37,971 bases of DNA from a bacterium (GTDB lineage Bacteria; Acidobacteriota; Blastocatellia; HR10). The DNA lies in contig JBEPZV010000023.1 of assembly GCA_041640655.1 (NCBI GenBank), positions 1 through 37,971 on the forward strand, given 5' to 3'. The notes beneath the pieces were generated by a model that did no database searches, was not told where the DNA came from, and worked only from the letters and a program-made list of their open reading frames with translations. Positions 8,317 through 18,082 of this stretch are shown here, piece after piece; within the stretch, counting starts at the first letter, position 1; each line of letters opens with the position of its first letter. The position numbers and the translations under genes were made by a program.

Positions 8317-9084
8317 ATGAACGCGATCACGCTCATCCTCTACGAGCTGCAGGAATCAACGCTCATGGCCTGGCGAGCCTTTCGCTCGCTCTTCACACGG
8401 CCCCGTTATGTTCGCGAGATCATCAACCAGATGGATCTGATCGGCGTCGGGAGCCTCACCATCGTCCTGCTGACCGGGTTTTTCACCGGCGCCGTGCTCG
8501 CGCTGCAGACGGGCGCGACGATGTCCTCGCTCGGAGCGAAGGGCTACACGGGACGCTTGGTCGCGACGTCGCTGGTGCGGGAGTTGGGGCCGGTGCTCAC
8601 CTCCCTGATGGTCGCCGGGCGCGTCGGCTCGGGGATCGCGGCGGAGCTGGGCTCGATGCTCGTGAGCGATCAGATTGACGCCATGCGGGCTCTGGGAACG
8701 GATCCGATTCGGAAGCTCGTCATGCCCCGCATGGTGGCGCTGCTGGTGATGGTCCCAGCTCTGACCGTGATCGCCATCATCGTGGGGACGGGAGGCGGGT
8801 TGGTCGTCGCCGTGACGCTGCTCGGGCTGCCCTCTTCACAGTATACGAGCTCGGCGAAGGAGGCCTTCAAACTGAACGATCTGACCGGGAGCTTGATCAA
8901 GGCGCTCATTTTCGGCCTCATCATCGCCATCGTCGGCTGCCGCAGCGGATTGAGAACGACCGGGGGGACGGTCGGCGTCGGACGCTCGACGACGCAATCG
9001 GTCGTCGTCGCATCTATTCTGATCCTGGTCTCCGATTTCTTCATCACGCGGGCCCTGCAGATCTTTCTGCCGCCGGGTCAATGA
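8317..9084 (+). CDS. mlaE: MlaE family ABC transporter permease
   Basis: IGVGSLTIV, RELGPVLTSLMVAGRVGSGIAAELGSM..QIDAMRALG.DP, GVGRSTTQSVV. Start set at ATG 8317. Confidence 0.92.
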   Translation: MNAITLILYELQESTLMAWRAFRSLFTRPRYVREIINQMDLIGVGSLTIVLLTGFFTGAVLALQTGATMSSLGAKGYTGRLVATSLVRELGPVLTSLMVAGRVGSGIAAELGSMLVSDQIDAMRALGTDPIRKLVMPRMVALLVMVPALTVIAIIVGTGGGLVVAVTLLGLPSSQYTSSAKEAFKLNDLTGSLIKALIFGLIIAIVGCRSGLRTTGGTVGVGRSTTQSVVVASILILVSDFFITRALQIFLPPGQ

Positions 9085-9178
9085 GCGAGAGGGAACGTTC
9101 GCGCTGGCGATGATGCGAGTGGGTGCGGAGTCTCCCCTCGGGGGAGGCCCGTGGGAGCCTCGAACAAGGAGGCGCAGT

Positions 9179-10291
9179 ATGGCTGCACGGAAGAAGGTGA
9201 CGCTCGCCGATTTGAAGGTCGGGATCTTGGTGCTCGCCTCCCTGGCCTTTCTGATCGTCATGATCCTGACAGCCAGTGGGGGAATGGCGCTCTTCGAGGA
9301 GGAGTTCATCGTCAAGACACGCATCGCGGAAGTAGATGGGCTCATTCCGGGGAACGAAGTGCGGCTGGCCGGAGTTCGCATTGGGAGCGTGAAGGAGGTG
9401 CGGTTCGCGCCGGAGTTGCCATCCCGACCTGAAGATCCGAACACCATCGAGATCGTCATGCGCGTGGACCCCGCGATCGCCCGCGAGCGCATTCGATCGG
9501 ATTCCGTGGTGACCCTGGGCTCCATCGGCCTTTTGGGGGACAAGGTCGTGGACATCAGCCCGGGGACGAAAAACGGCGCGCCGATTCAAAACGGCGCCTA
9601 TTTGCCGAGCGCGCCGGGCACGAACATTCGGAAGATCATCTCGGGCGTGGACCCTTTGATCGCCGATCTCGCTGACACGGCGGAGCAGATCAAGCGCCTG
9701 GTCGCGCGGATCAATGAGGGGGAGGGGACGCTCGGCAAGCTCATTCGTGATCCGAAGCTCTATCAGGACATTGATCGAACGGTTCTGGAAGCCCAGGAGC
9801 TGGTTCGGCGCATCCGGGAGGGGGAGGGGACGGTCGGCAAGCTCATCAACGATCCCACCCTCTACGCGGATTTGAAGCGGACGCTGACGCGCCTGGAGCA
9901 GCTCACGCGCGATCTGCGCGAGGGGCCGGGGACGATCGCCCGACTCATTCGCGAGCCGGAGCTCTATGAGAAGCTGGATCGCACGATGACGCGGCTGGAT
10001 GAGATCTCGGCTCGCGTGGATGTCATCGCCGCGCGCATCGAGCGGGGTGAGGGCACGATCGGGCGATTGATCAACGATCCGACGCTTCATGAGGAGACCA
10101 AGGCGACGATCACCAACATCAAGAACATCACCGCGCGGATGGACAACGGTGAGGGCACCTTCGGCGCCCTGTTGCACGATCGTCAGCTCTACAACAACCT
10201 GAACGCGCTCTCCTCCGAGTTGGTCCGATTGATCTACGACTTCCGGCAGAACCCGGGGCGGTTTTTGCGCATCAAGGTCTCCCTCTTCTGA
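9179..10291 (+). CDS. mlaD: MlaD/MCE family lipid transport protein with a long helical repeat region
   Basis: AGGAGG RBS, N-terminal TM, GL.PGNEVRLAGVRIGSV, GLLGDKVVDISPG, five GxGTxGxLxxD-type repeats. Confidence 0.9.
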   Translation: MAARKKVTLADLKVGILVLASLAFLIVMILTASGGMALFEEEFIVKTRIAEVDGLIPGNEVRLAGVRIGSVKEVRFAPELPSRPEDPNTIEIVMRVDPAIARERIRSDSVVTLGSIGLLGDKVVDISPGTKNGAPIQNGAYLPSAPGTNIRKIISGVDPLIADLADTAEQIKRLVARINEGEGTLGKLIRDPKLYQDIDRTVLEAQELVRRIREGEGTVGKLINDPTLYADLKRTLTRLEQLTRDLREGPGTIARLIREPELYEKLDRTMTRLDEISARVDVIAARIERGEGTIGRLINDPTLHEETKATITNIKNITARMDNGEGTFGALLHDRQLYNNLNALSSELVRLIYDFRQNPGRFLRIKVSLF

Positions 10292-10347
10292 AGGCCCTCA
10301 GGCGCTCGCGCGCCAGAGGTGGGAATCACACACAGCGGGAGGAACAT

Positions 10348-11382
10348 ATGCGGCGGAGATGGATCGGAGGCGCGATCGCAGCCGTAGTGATCATCGTTGT
10401 GGGGATCGTCATCTATCAGCGACGCTCGGGAGGCTTCGAGCCCGAGATCTTACCCCTGCCCGAGGGATTGCCGGGATATGAGGCGATGAAGATCCCGCCG
10501 GATAATCCCATGACGCCGGAGAAAGTGGCGCTCGGCCGCCAACTCTTCTTCGACAAGCGCCTGAGCGCGGACGAATCGCGCTCCTGTTACGACTGTCACC
10601 TCAATGAGAAGGGATTGAGCGATGGCCTGCCCACATCCGTGGGGGCCTTGGGGAAGCGGTTGCCGCGCAACAGCCCGACGCTGTGGAACATCGGGTACCA
10701 CCACGAGTTCTACTGGGACGGACGGGCACCGACGCTGGAGCGGCAGATCTTCGCGGCGTGGACCGGAGGGAACATGAGCGCCAAGCCCGAGGAGATCGCC
10801 GCCAAGCTCAATCGCATCGAGGGGTATCGCCGACAATTTCGCAAGGTCTTCGGGACGGGTGCCACGCCGGATGCGATCGTCAAGGCCCTGGCGGCTTACA
10901 CGCGCACGATCATCGGGGGGAAGACGGCCTGGGATCGGTGGCGCGCCGGCGACCAGAACGCCATCAGCGAGGAGGCGAAGCGCGGTTGGGAGGTCTTTCA
11001 GCGGATCGGGTGCACGAATTGCCACGATGGGCTCCTCTTCACCGACCTGCAGTATCACAATGTGGGGATCGGCATGGATAAGCCGAATCCGGATCTGGGG
11101 CGCTACAACGTCACCAAGCAGGACAAAGATCGCGGCGCGTTCAAGACCCCGACGTTGCGGGATGTGGCGCGCTCGGGCCCGTACTTTCACGATGGGAGCG
11201 TCGCCACGCTCGAGGAGGCCGTGGACATCATGCTGGCGGGTGGGAAGCCGAATCCGTGGCTCGATCGAGCGAATCTGAAGCCGGCGCAGATCACGCCCGA
11301 GGAGCGACGGGCACTTCTGGCCTTCTTGCGCGCGCTGACCGAGGAGGGGGAATTGAAAGCCCCGCGGCTTCCACAACAGTGA
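10348..11382 (+). CDS. Diheme cytochrome c peroxidase / MauG superfamily protein
   Basis: N-terminal TM, LGRQLFFDKRLS, CYDCH and CTNCH heme motifs, RNSPT, WDGRA, FKTPTLRDV..GPYFHDGS. Confidence 0.92.
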   Translation: MRRRWIGGAIAAVVIIVVGIVIYQRRSGGFEPEILPLPEGLPGYEAMKIPPDNPMTPEKVALGRQLFFDKRLSADESRSCYDCHLNEKGLSDGLPTSVGALGKRLPRNSPTLWNIGYHHEFYWDGRAPTLERQIFAAWTGGNMSAKPEEIAAKLNRIEGYRRQFRKVFGTGATPDAIVKALAAYTRTIIGGKTAWDRWRAGDQNAISEEAKRGWEVFQRIGCTNCHDGLLFTDLQYHNVGIGMDKPNPDLGRYNVTKQDKDRGAFKTPTLRDVARSGPYFHDGSVATLEEAVDIMLAGGKPNPWLDRANLKPAQITPEERRALLAFLRALTEEGELKAPRLPQQ

Positions 11383-11412
11383 GCCTTGATCTCTTGCGCC
11401 CGAGCGGGCCCG

Positions 11413-12648
11413 TCACGGGATCACCCCAAACCGCCGACCGACCACGCGGAAGGCGTCGAGCGCGCGATCCAACTGCTCGCGCGTGTGTGCGGCTGAGATC
11501 TGCGCGCGCAGGCGCGCTTCCCCTTTGGGGACGACGGGATACCACAGCCCCTTGATATACACGCCCTCCTTGAGCAACTCCATGCTCATCTCCATCGCGA
11601 GCGCCGCCTCGCCGAGCATGATGGGGACGATGGGATGCGTGCCTTCGAGGATCGTGTAGCCCAGGTTCTTGATCTCCCGGCGGAAGTAGGCGGTGTTCTC
11701 CTGCAGGCGCTCGACCAAGGAGGTATCGGTCATCAGGATGTTCAACGCTTCGATCGAGCCCATGACGACCGCGGGCGGCATGGTATTGGAGAAGGTGTAG
11801 GGGCGGGACTTCTGCCGCAGCAGTTCGATCAGCTCGCGCTTGCCCGCGATGAATCCGCCGCACGCGCCGCCGAGCGCCTTCCCGAATGTCCCCGTGATGA
11901 CATCCACCTGTCCGAAGACCCCCAGCGCTTCCGCCGTCCCTCGACCGCGCGGGCCGAGCACGCCCGTGGCGTGGGAATCATCCACAAAGAGCAGCGCATG
12001 ATGTCGGCGCGCGAGCGCGATCAATTCGGGCAAGGGGGCCAGATCCCCCTCCATAGAGAAGACGCCGTCGGTGGCGATGATCTTGATCCGGTATCCCTCC
12101 TTCTCATCGGCCTCCAGCATCTCCCGCAGTTGCTCGACGTTCCGATGGGCATAAACCTTCGCGTCGGTCGTGCGCGCGATGATGCGACAGAGGCGAATGC
12201 CGTCAATGATGCTCGCGTGATTGAGTTGGTCGCTGTAGATGACATCCCGATAATCCGTCAGGCCGAAGTCGTTCGCCAGGAGTCCCGCGAAGAAGGCCTC
12301 GTTGGCCGCGAAGCAGGAGGAGTGCAGCACGGCGTCCTCGCAGCCGACGAATTCGGCGATCTTCTGCTCCAGCTCCAGATGGATCTTCTGCGTGCCGCAG
12401 ATGAACCGGACCGAGGCCAAGCCGTAGCCGTATTCGCGCAGCCCGCGCAGCGCCGCTTCCTTGACCTTCGGGTGATTGGACAGGCCGAGGTAGTTATTCG
12501 AGGCGAGCATCACGACCTCGCGTCCATCCACGCGCACGACGCCTCCTTGCTCGCCCTCGATCGGGACTTCGAATTTGTACGTCTTGCTCTCCTTGATCCG
12601 TTCGATCTCACGCGCGATGAGATCGTAGAGCTCGCGAATCGTGGCCAT
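11413..12648 (-). CDS. kbl: Glycine C-acetyltransferase (2-amino-3-ketobutyrate CoA ligase)
   Basis: [58 protein letters not shown]. Adjacent to tdh. Confidence 0.92.
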   Translation of the reverse strand: MATIRELYDLIAREIERIKESKTYKFEVPIEGEQGGVVRVDGREVVMLASNNYLGLSNHPKVKEAALRGLREYGYGLASVRFICGTQKIHLELEQKIAEFVGCEDAVLHSSCFAANEAFFAGLLANDFGLTDYRDVIYSDQLNHASIIDGIRLCRIIARTTDAKVYAHRNVEQLREMLEADEKEGYRIKIIATDGVFSMEGDLAPLPELIALARRHHALLFVDDSHATGVLGPRGRGTAEALGVFGQVDVITGTFGKALGGACGGFIAGKRELIELLRQKSRPYTFSNTMPPAVVMGSIEALNILMTDTSLVERLQENTAYFRREIKNLGYTILEGTHPIVPIMLGEAALAMEMSMELLKEGVYIKGLWYPVVPKGEARLRAQISAAHTREQLDRALDAFRVVGRRFGVIP

Positions 12649-12708
12649 TGTTTCTCCTCCTCATCGTCGTCCGATGCTCCGCCTCCGGCCGGGGGAGCTG
12701 AGCGGCGG

Positions 12709-13872
12709 TCATCCGGCGAAGTCCCCGGGATTCGGCGTGAAGATGAGCTTCATCGCGTGGCCCGCGAGCAACGTCTGGAACGCCTCCTCGTATTCGCTCA
12801 GGCGATAGGCGCGCGGGGCGACGAGCCAACTCAACTTCTCGGTGAGGCCCAGTCGGTCGCTCCGCAGGAGCTTCAGCATCGTCTCCCACGTCTCGAACAT
12901 GCGCCGACCGAAGACGCCCTTGATCGTGACGCCCTTCCAGACGACGCCGTTGGCGAAGTCGAAGAGGACGGGCTCCTTGGGGATTCCGAGCAGGACGACC
13001 GTTCCCCCAGGGCGCACCAGCTCGAAGGCATCGCGATAGGCGGATGGGGAGCCGGACATCTCGAGCACGACGTCCACGCCCTCGGCCCCTTTCTCCCGGC
13101 GGCGCACCTCGCGATAGAGTTCGGCCGCCGAGTGCGCGACATCGAAACAGAGGTCGGCGCCGAAGGCGCGGGCCAACTCGAAGCGATGCTCGACGTCCAC
13201 GCGTTCGGTGACGTAGATGCGCGTGGCCCCGTAGAGGCGCGCCAGCAGTGTCGCCATCAATCCGAGCGGTCCGAGCCCGAGGATGGCGACGCTCTTGCCC
13301 CCCACCTCGGCCACTTGAATCGTGTGCACGGCGTTCCCCAATGCGTCCAGGAACGCGCCCACGCGCGGCGGAATCTGCGAGAGATCGCCCCGCTTGCCGA
13401 GCAAGATCACGTTCTGGCGCGGGACGACGACGTACTGCGCATAGCAGCCGTCCAGATGCACGCCCTTCACGCGCACGTTCACGCAAATGTGCGCGTTCCC
13501 CGTCCGGCAGAGCGCACAATGCCCGCAGGGGATGTGCATCTCCGCCGTCACGTAGTCGCCCTTCTCCACAATGATGTCCGGGCGCAATCCCAGAGCCTGC
13601 AGCGCCTCCGCATCCTCCCCCACCTCCTCGACGATGCCGCAGAATTCATGGCCGATGATGATGGGCCGATAGGCCTCGGGCCGATCGAGATACCGCTGCA
13701 TCTCCTCGATGATCGCCGGATTCTGCGTGCTCAAATAGATGCTCTTATCGGTGCCGCAGACGGAGGCGGCCAGGACCTTGATCTTCACTTCGCCGTGCCC
13801 GACGTCCGGCTCCGGCACCTCCGTCCAAGTCAGACCGTCCGCGTGGAGATCATCTTTCCTCAAGCATTCCAT
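12709..13872 (-). CDS. tdh: L-threonine 3-dehydrogenase (Zn-dependent MDR family)
   Basis: CGTD, GHEFCG, AEMHIPCGHCALCRTGNAHIC, DALGNAVHT, GLGPLG, LEMSG, GRRMFETW. Co-oriented upstream of kbl. Confidence 0.85.
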   Translation of the reverse strand: MECLRKDDLHADGLTWTEVPEPDVGHGEVKIKVLAASVCGTDKSIYLSTQNPAIIEEMQRYLDRPEAYRPIIIGHEFCGIVEEVGEDAEALQALGLRPDIIVEKGDYVTAEMHIPCGHCALCRTGNAHICVNVRVKGVHLDGCYAQYVVVPRQNVILLGKRGDLSQIPPRVGAFLDALGNAVHTIQVAEVGGKSVAILGLGPLGLMATLLARLYGATRIYVTERVDVEHRFELARAFGADLCFDVAHSAAELYREVRRREKGAEGVDVVLEMSGSPSAYRDAFELVRPGGTVVLLGIPKEPVLFDFANGVVWKGVTIKGVFGRRMFETWETMLKLLRSDRLGLTEKLSWLVAPRAYRLSEYEEAFQTLLAGHAMKLIFTPNPGDFAG

Positions 13873-13919
13873 GCGCGCTCCGTGCTCCCCTGCTCATGGC
13901 CTCTCACTCCCCCCGCTGA

Positions 13920-13949
13920 ATTATATGGAGGGCGTCGGCGAAACGCCAA
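13920..13949 (-). promoter_or_regulatory. Sigma70-type promoter for tdh-kbl
   Basis: TTGGCG-18 nt-TATAAT on the minus strand. Confidence 0.5.
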
Positions 13950-14061
13950 TGAGAGTCGCCGGGATGCGCATCGGTGCTCGTCACGGTATACTTATGCCCA
14001 TGTCTCGACTCGGTGAGGAGGCGATGGCGTGATCCGAGCTGTGCGACGAGGGGAGGGGACG

Positions 14062-15621
14062 ATGCCTGCTGAAGTGCCCGCGCCCCGGGATGGGCGCTCG
14101 CAGCGCGAGGACGATCTCCGTCTGATGGACTCCACAGGGATACCTTCGCTTGGATGGCGCGGGTGGCTGCGCGCGATGGAGATTGTGACGCTGGCCGTGC
14201 TCTTCGCCGCCTATGTGTATCTGGACGCCCTCGCGGCGCGCGAGCCTCAGAGAGTCCGAGGGCGATTTCGACGCGCGCTGCGATGGTTCGCGCGACGCCT
14301 CTTCGCCCAGGAAGCCCTGCGGCGCGAGGAGCGACTGCGCGCTCAGGCCGCGTGGCTGCGGCATCGCCTGGTGAAGCTCGGCCCCACGTTCATCAAAATC
14401 GGTCAGGCCCTGGCCACGCGCGCCGACCTCCTGCCGTTGCCCTACATCCAGGAGTTGGCGCGGTTGCAGGACGACGTCCCGCCGTTCCCGCAGCCGGAGG
14501 CCGCGCGCATCCTGCGCGAGGAGTTGGGCGCGCCGCCCGAACAGCTCTTCGCCGTCATCCACTGGGAGCCGATCGCATCGGCGAGCCTCGGACAGGTCTA
14601 CTACGGACGGCTCCCCTCGGGGGAGGAGGTGGCGATCAAAGTCCAGCGTCCACGCTTGCGCGAGGCCATTCAGTTCGATCTGATGATCCTCAAGCGCATC
14701 GCCCGCTTCCTCAAGCGTTATCCCAACCTCTTCCGCGGTGTGGATTGGACGGGCGTGCTCGATGAGTTCGCCGTCATGATCTTCGAGGAGATGAATTACC
14801 GACAGGAGGCGCTTCACGCGGAGCGCTTCCGGGAGAATTTCCGGCGATGGAAGGAAGTGTACGTCCCGAAGATCTACTGGGCGTATACGACCGAGCGCGT
14901 GCTGACGATGGAGTACATTCACGGCGTGAAGGTGACCGAGGTGGAGGAGCTGTGGCGACGCGGGTTCTCGCCCGCGCGCCTGAATCGGCTCCTGGCGCGC
15001 ACCTATCTCAAGCAGTTGCTCGAAGACGGATTCTTTCACGCCGATCCGCATCCGGGGAATCTGCGCGTCATGCCCGATGGGCGTTTGGCCTTCTTCGACT
15101 TCGGCATGGCCGGACGCCTCGATGCGCGGCTCCAGGGCCTGATGATCGAGGCCTTTTTCCACATCGTGAATCGCGATGTCGCGGGTTTGGTGGATGATCT
15201 CGTCCGGCTGGGCTTCCTCGATCCGAAGGTGGACCCTCGCCTCATTCGCCCTCTGGTCGAGGACTTGTTTCGGGAATATCTCGGCCTGAAGCTGAGTGAG
15301 ATCAAGTTCAAGGAGCTGACCTACGAGCTGGCCGAGGTGGTGTACGCGTATCCCTTCCGGATCCCCGCCCGCTTCACGTACATGATCCGCGCACTGATGG
15401 AGTTGGAGGGGATCGGGATCGCCATTGATCCGGAGTTCAACTTCATTGACGTGGCGCGCCCCTTTGCGCGCGAGTACCTCTTCAAACGAGAAGCGCGGCA
15501 GCTTCGCCGGGAGCTCCTCAACCGGCTGCTCTGGGGGCAAGACGGTACGCTTCACCTTGAGCGACTCTGGCGCGTGGCCAAACTCGCCGTGCGGGTGTAT
15601 CTCGACAAGTTGAAGACGTGA
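14062..15621 (+). CDS. AarF/ABC1/UbiB family atypical protein kinase
   Basis: LGPTFIKIGQALATRADLLP, PIASASLGQVY, VAIKVQRP, FFHADPHPGN, DFGM. Start at ATG 14062 after GGAGG is uncertain. Confidence 0.92.
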   Translation: MPAEVPAPRDGRSQREDDLRLMDSTGIPSLGWRGWLRAMEIVTLAVLFAAYVYLDALAAREPQRVRGRFRRALRWFARRLFAQEALRREERLRAQAAWLRHRLVKLGPTFIKIGQALATRADLLPLPYIQELARLQDDVPPFPQPEAARILREELGAPPEQLFAVIHWEPIASASLGQVYYGRLPSGEEVAIKVQRPRLREAIQFDLMILKRIARFLKRYPNLFRGVDWTGVLDEFAVMIFEEMNYRQEALHAERFRENFRRWKEVYVPKIYWAYTTERVLTMEYIHGVKVTEVEELWRRGFSPARLNRLLARTYLKQLLEDGFFHADPHPGNLRVMPDGRLAFFDFGMAGRLDARLQGLMIEAFFHIVNRDVAGLVDDLVRLGFLDPKVDPRLIRPLVEDLFREYLGLKLSEIKFKELTYELAEVVYAYPFRIPARFTYMIRALMELEGIGIAIDPEFNFIDVARPFAREYLFKREARQLRRELLNRLLWGQDGTLHLERLWRVAKLAVRVYLDKLKT

Positions 15622-15628
15622 GCCCTCA

Positions 15629-18082
15629 TCAGGGGCGGGGTTCGCCGAATCGGCCGGGGCGCTTCTTCTTCGGCTCCTCCGCCGGTGGCTCCACGGGTCC
15701 GGGGAGCGGTTTGAGGATGAGATCGGGGGTCGTCTCTGTGGGCGTCTCTCCATGTTTGTTCGGCGGGCCAGTCGGTTCGACCCGAAGGCTCGGCAAGGGC
15801 GAGGGAGCCGCCGCCGGCAGCTCACGAATCCCGAGCGCCTCCCTGACGTCCCGCTCGGTTTGTTCTCGCGCCGCGCGGATCCACTCGGGCATCTCCGTGA
15901 TCAGCTCAAAGGGCGCTGGCGTTTTGTCTCGGAGATATTCCCGCATGAACTCGATCCAGATGGGAAGCGCGGCGACCGCGCCCGTCTCCCCGCGCCCGAG
16001 GCTGCGCTTGCGGTCGCTGAATCCGATCCACACGCCGGTGCAGACCGTGGGCGTGAAGCCGATGAACCACGCGTCGGTGAAGTCGTTCACCGTTCCCGTC
16101 TTCCCCCCGATCGGCCAATCCCGAAATTCCGCATGGGCGCGGATGCGCGCGGCCGTGCCTCCATCCACGACACCTTGCAGCAAGCGCACCATCGTCGAGG
16201 CCACATAAGGATCGAGCACCTGTTCGGTCGGGGGCGCTTGCCATCGCTCCAGCTCTCGACCGTCGCGATCCACAACGCGGCGGATCAGGTGGGGGACGAT
16301 GCGCCGCCCCTGATTGGCGAAGATCGCATAGGCGGCTGTCATGGCGAGCAGGGGCTCTTCCGTCGCTCCGAGCGCCGAGGACAGAAACGGCGCCATCGGA
16401 TTCGGGAGTCCCAGGCGTTCGACCATGCGCACGGCCCGCGCGATGCCGATGCGTTGCAGCACGCGCACGGCGGGAATGTTCCGCGATTCCGCCACCGCTT
16501 GCGCGATCGAGATCGCTCCCTTGTACGTGTTGTCGTAGTTGGTGGGCGCCCAATCTCCGATGCGCAGCGGCGCGTCCAAGATGTAATCCTCGGGCGTCAG
16601 CCCGGCCTCCACGGCCGCCGCGTAGATGAAGGGTTTGAAGGCGGAGCCGGTTTGCCGCAGCCCCTGCGTGGCGTGATTGAAGCGCACGCGGTTGAAGTCA
16701 TACCCCCCCACCAAGGCTTTGATCTCCCCGGAGGGGATTTCGAGCGCGACCAGAGCCCCCTGGACCTCGGGCAGTTGCAGAAGCGTGACCGTCATCTCCT
16801 TGGTCTGCTCGTTCAGGCTTTGGACCTGAACGATCGTGAGATCGCCCGGCCGCACGAGCTGCCGGAGCGGTCGCCCCCACGGCGCCTCGCGCGGCGTCAC
16901 GCGCGCCGTGTACGCGCCCACGCGGATGAGGGCTTCGCTCGCCGTGACCGAGAGCACCAGCCCCGGATAATATTCTCCCACCTCGATCCCTCCCTCCCAC
17001 TCCGGGTGGCGGTAGGTGCTCAGGTCCTTCCCCTGGTCGAGGATGTTCTCCATCGGGCCGCGCCACCCATGACGCCGATCGTAGGCGTGCAGGCCGTTGC
17101 GCACGGCGCGCACGGCCGCGCGCTGCGCGCGCGCATCAAGCGTCGTGTAGACGCGCAGCCCCCCAGCATGCGTGCGGCGCGTCCCGTATTTGTCCTCCAA
17201 GTAGCGCCGCACCTCCTCGACGAAATACGCGTAGGGCGAGCGCGCGTTCGAGAAGCGTCCTCCTTCGGCCAACCGGATCGGGCGGGCCATCGCCTCGCGC
17301 GCGGCTTCGCGGGAGATATACCCCTCTTCGGCCATCTTCTCCAGGACGAGGTTGCGGCGGGCCAGCGCCGCCTGCGGGCGCGTCAGGGGGGAGTAGAGTT
17401 GTGGCGCCTTGGGCAGCGCGGCCAAAAGCGCCGCCTCATCGAGCGTCAGCGCCTTGGCCGACTTCCCGAAATAGTACTGAGCCGCCGCTTCGACGCCATA
17501 GGCGTTGCCGCCGAGGTAGATCTGATTGCAGTACAGCTCGATGATCTGCTCCTTCGTGTAATACCGCTCGATGAGCAGCGCCAGCAGCGCTTCCTTCATC
17601 TTCCGCGAGTACGTCCGCTCCGGGTTCAGGAAGAGCATCTTGGCGAGCTGTTGCGTGATCGTCGAGCCACCTTGCACGGTCTCGCCCGCGCGCAGGTTCG
17701 CCACGAAGGCGCCGAGGATGCGAATCGGATCAATCCCGGAGTGTTCATAGAAGCGCGCGTCCTCGATGGCGATGAAGGCGTTGCGGACATGTGGGGGGAT
17801 CTCGGGATAGGCGAGCGGGAGGCGCCGTTCCAGATAGAACTCGCCGATGACCGTGTGCCCGTCATCGGCGTAGACGCGCGAGAGGACGCTCGCCTGATAG
17901 TCGCTGAGCTGCGCCACCATGAGGGCATACTCGGAGTGATCGAGCGCGTAGGCGATGAGGGCGCCCAAGAGCCCCCCTCCGATCGCGGCCAGGAGGAAAA
18001 GAGCGAGAATGGGATGGCGGCGCACGAGAGCCCTCGCGCGCGATCGCGGACGAGCCGGCGCGTCCTTCTCCTGCTCGCTCAT
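15629..18082 (-). CDS. mrcA: Class A penicillin-binding protein (PBP1A family)
   Basis: Transglycosylase motifs EDARFYEHSG, GGSTITQQLAK, RKMKE. OB-like insert. Transpeptidase motifs GSAFKPF, SRN, KTGT. Confidence 0.93.
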   Translation of the reverse strand: MSEQEKDAPARPRSRARALVRRHPILALFLLAAIGGGLLGALIAYALDHSEYALMVAQLSDYQASVLSRVYADDGHTVIGEFYLERRLPLAYPEIPPHVRNAFIAIEDARFYEHSGIDPIRILGAFVANLRAGETVQGGSTITQQLAKMLFLNPERTYSRKMKEALLALLIERYYTKEQIIELYCNQIYLGGNAYGVEAAAQYYFGKSAKALTLDEAALLAALPKAPQLYSPLTRPQAALARRNLVLEKMAEEGYISREAAREAMARPIRLAEGGRFSNARSPYAYFVEEVRRYLEDKYGTRRTHAGGLRVYTTLDARAQRAAVRAVRNGLHAYDRRHGWRGPMENILDQGKDLSTYRHPEWEGGIEVGEYYPGLVLSVTASEALIRVGAYTARVTPREAPWGRPLRQLVRPGDLTIVQVQSLNEQTKEMTVTLLQLPEVQGALVALEIPSGEIKALVGGYDFNRVRFNHATQGLRQTGSAFKPFIYAAAVEAGLTPEDYILDAPLRIGDWAPTNYDNTYKGAISIAQAVAESRNIPAVRVLQRIGIARAVRMVERLGLPNPMAPFLSSALGATEEPLLAMTAAYAIFANQGRRIVPHLIRRVVDRDGRELERWQAPPTEQVLDPYVASTMVRLLQGVVDGGTAARIRAHAEFRDWPIGGKTGTVNDFTDAWFIGFTPTVCTGVWIGFSDRKRSLGRGETGAVAALPIWIEFMREYLRDKTPAPFELITEMPEWIRAAREQTERDVREALGIRELPAAAPSPLPSLRVEPTGPPNKHGETPTETTPDLILKPLPGPVEPPAEEPKKKRPGRFGEPRP

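Noticed and set aside
11635..14016. 793-aa plus-strand ORF
   Set aside because: Antisense shadow of kbl and tdh.
13981..15825. 614-aa minus-strand ORF
   Set aside because: Antisense shadow of the ABC1 kinase.
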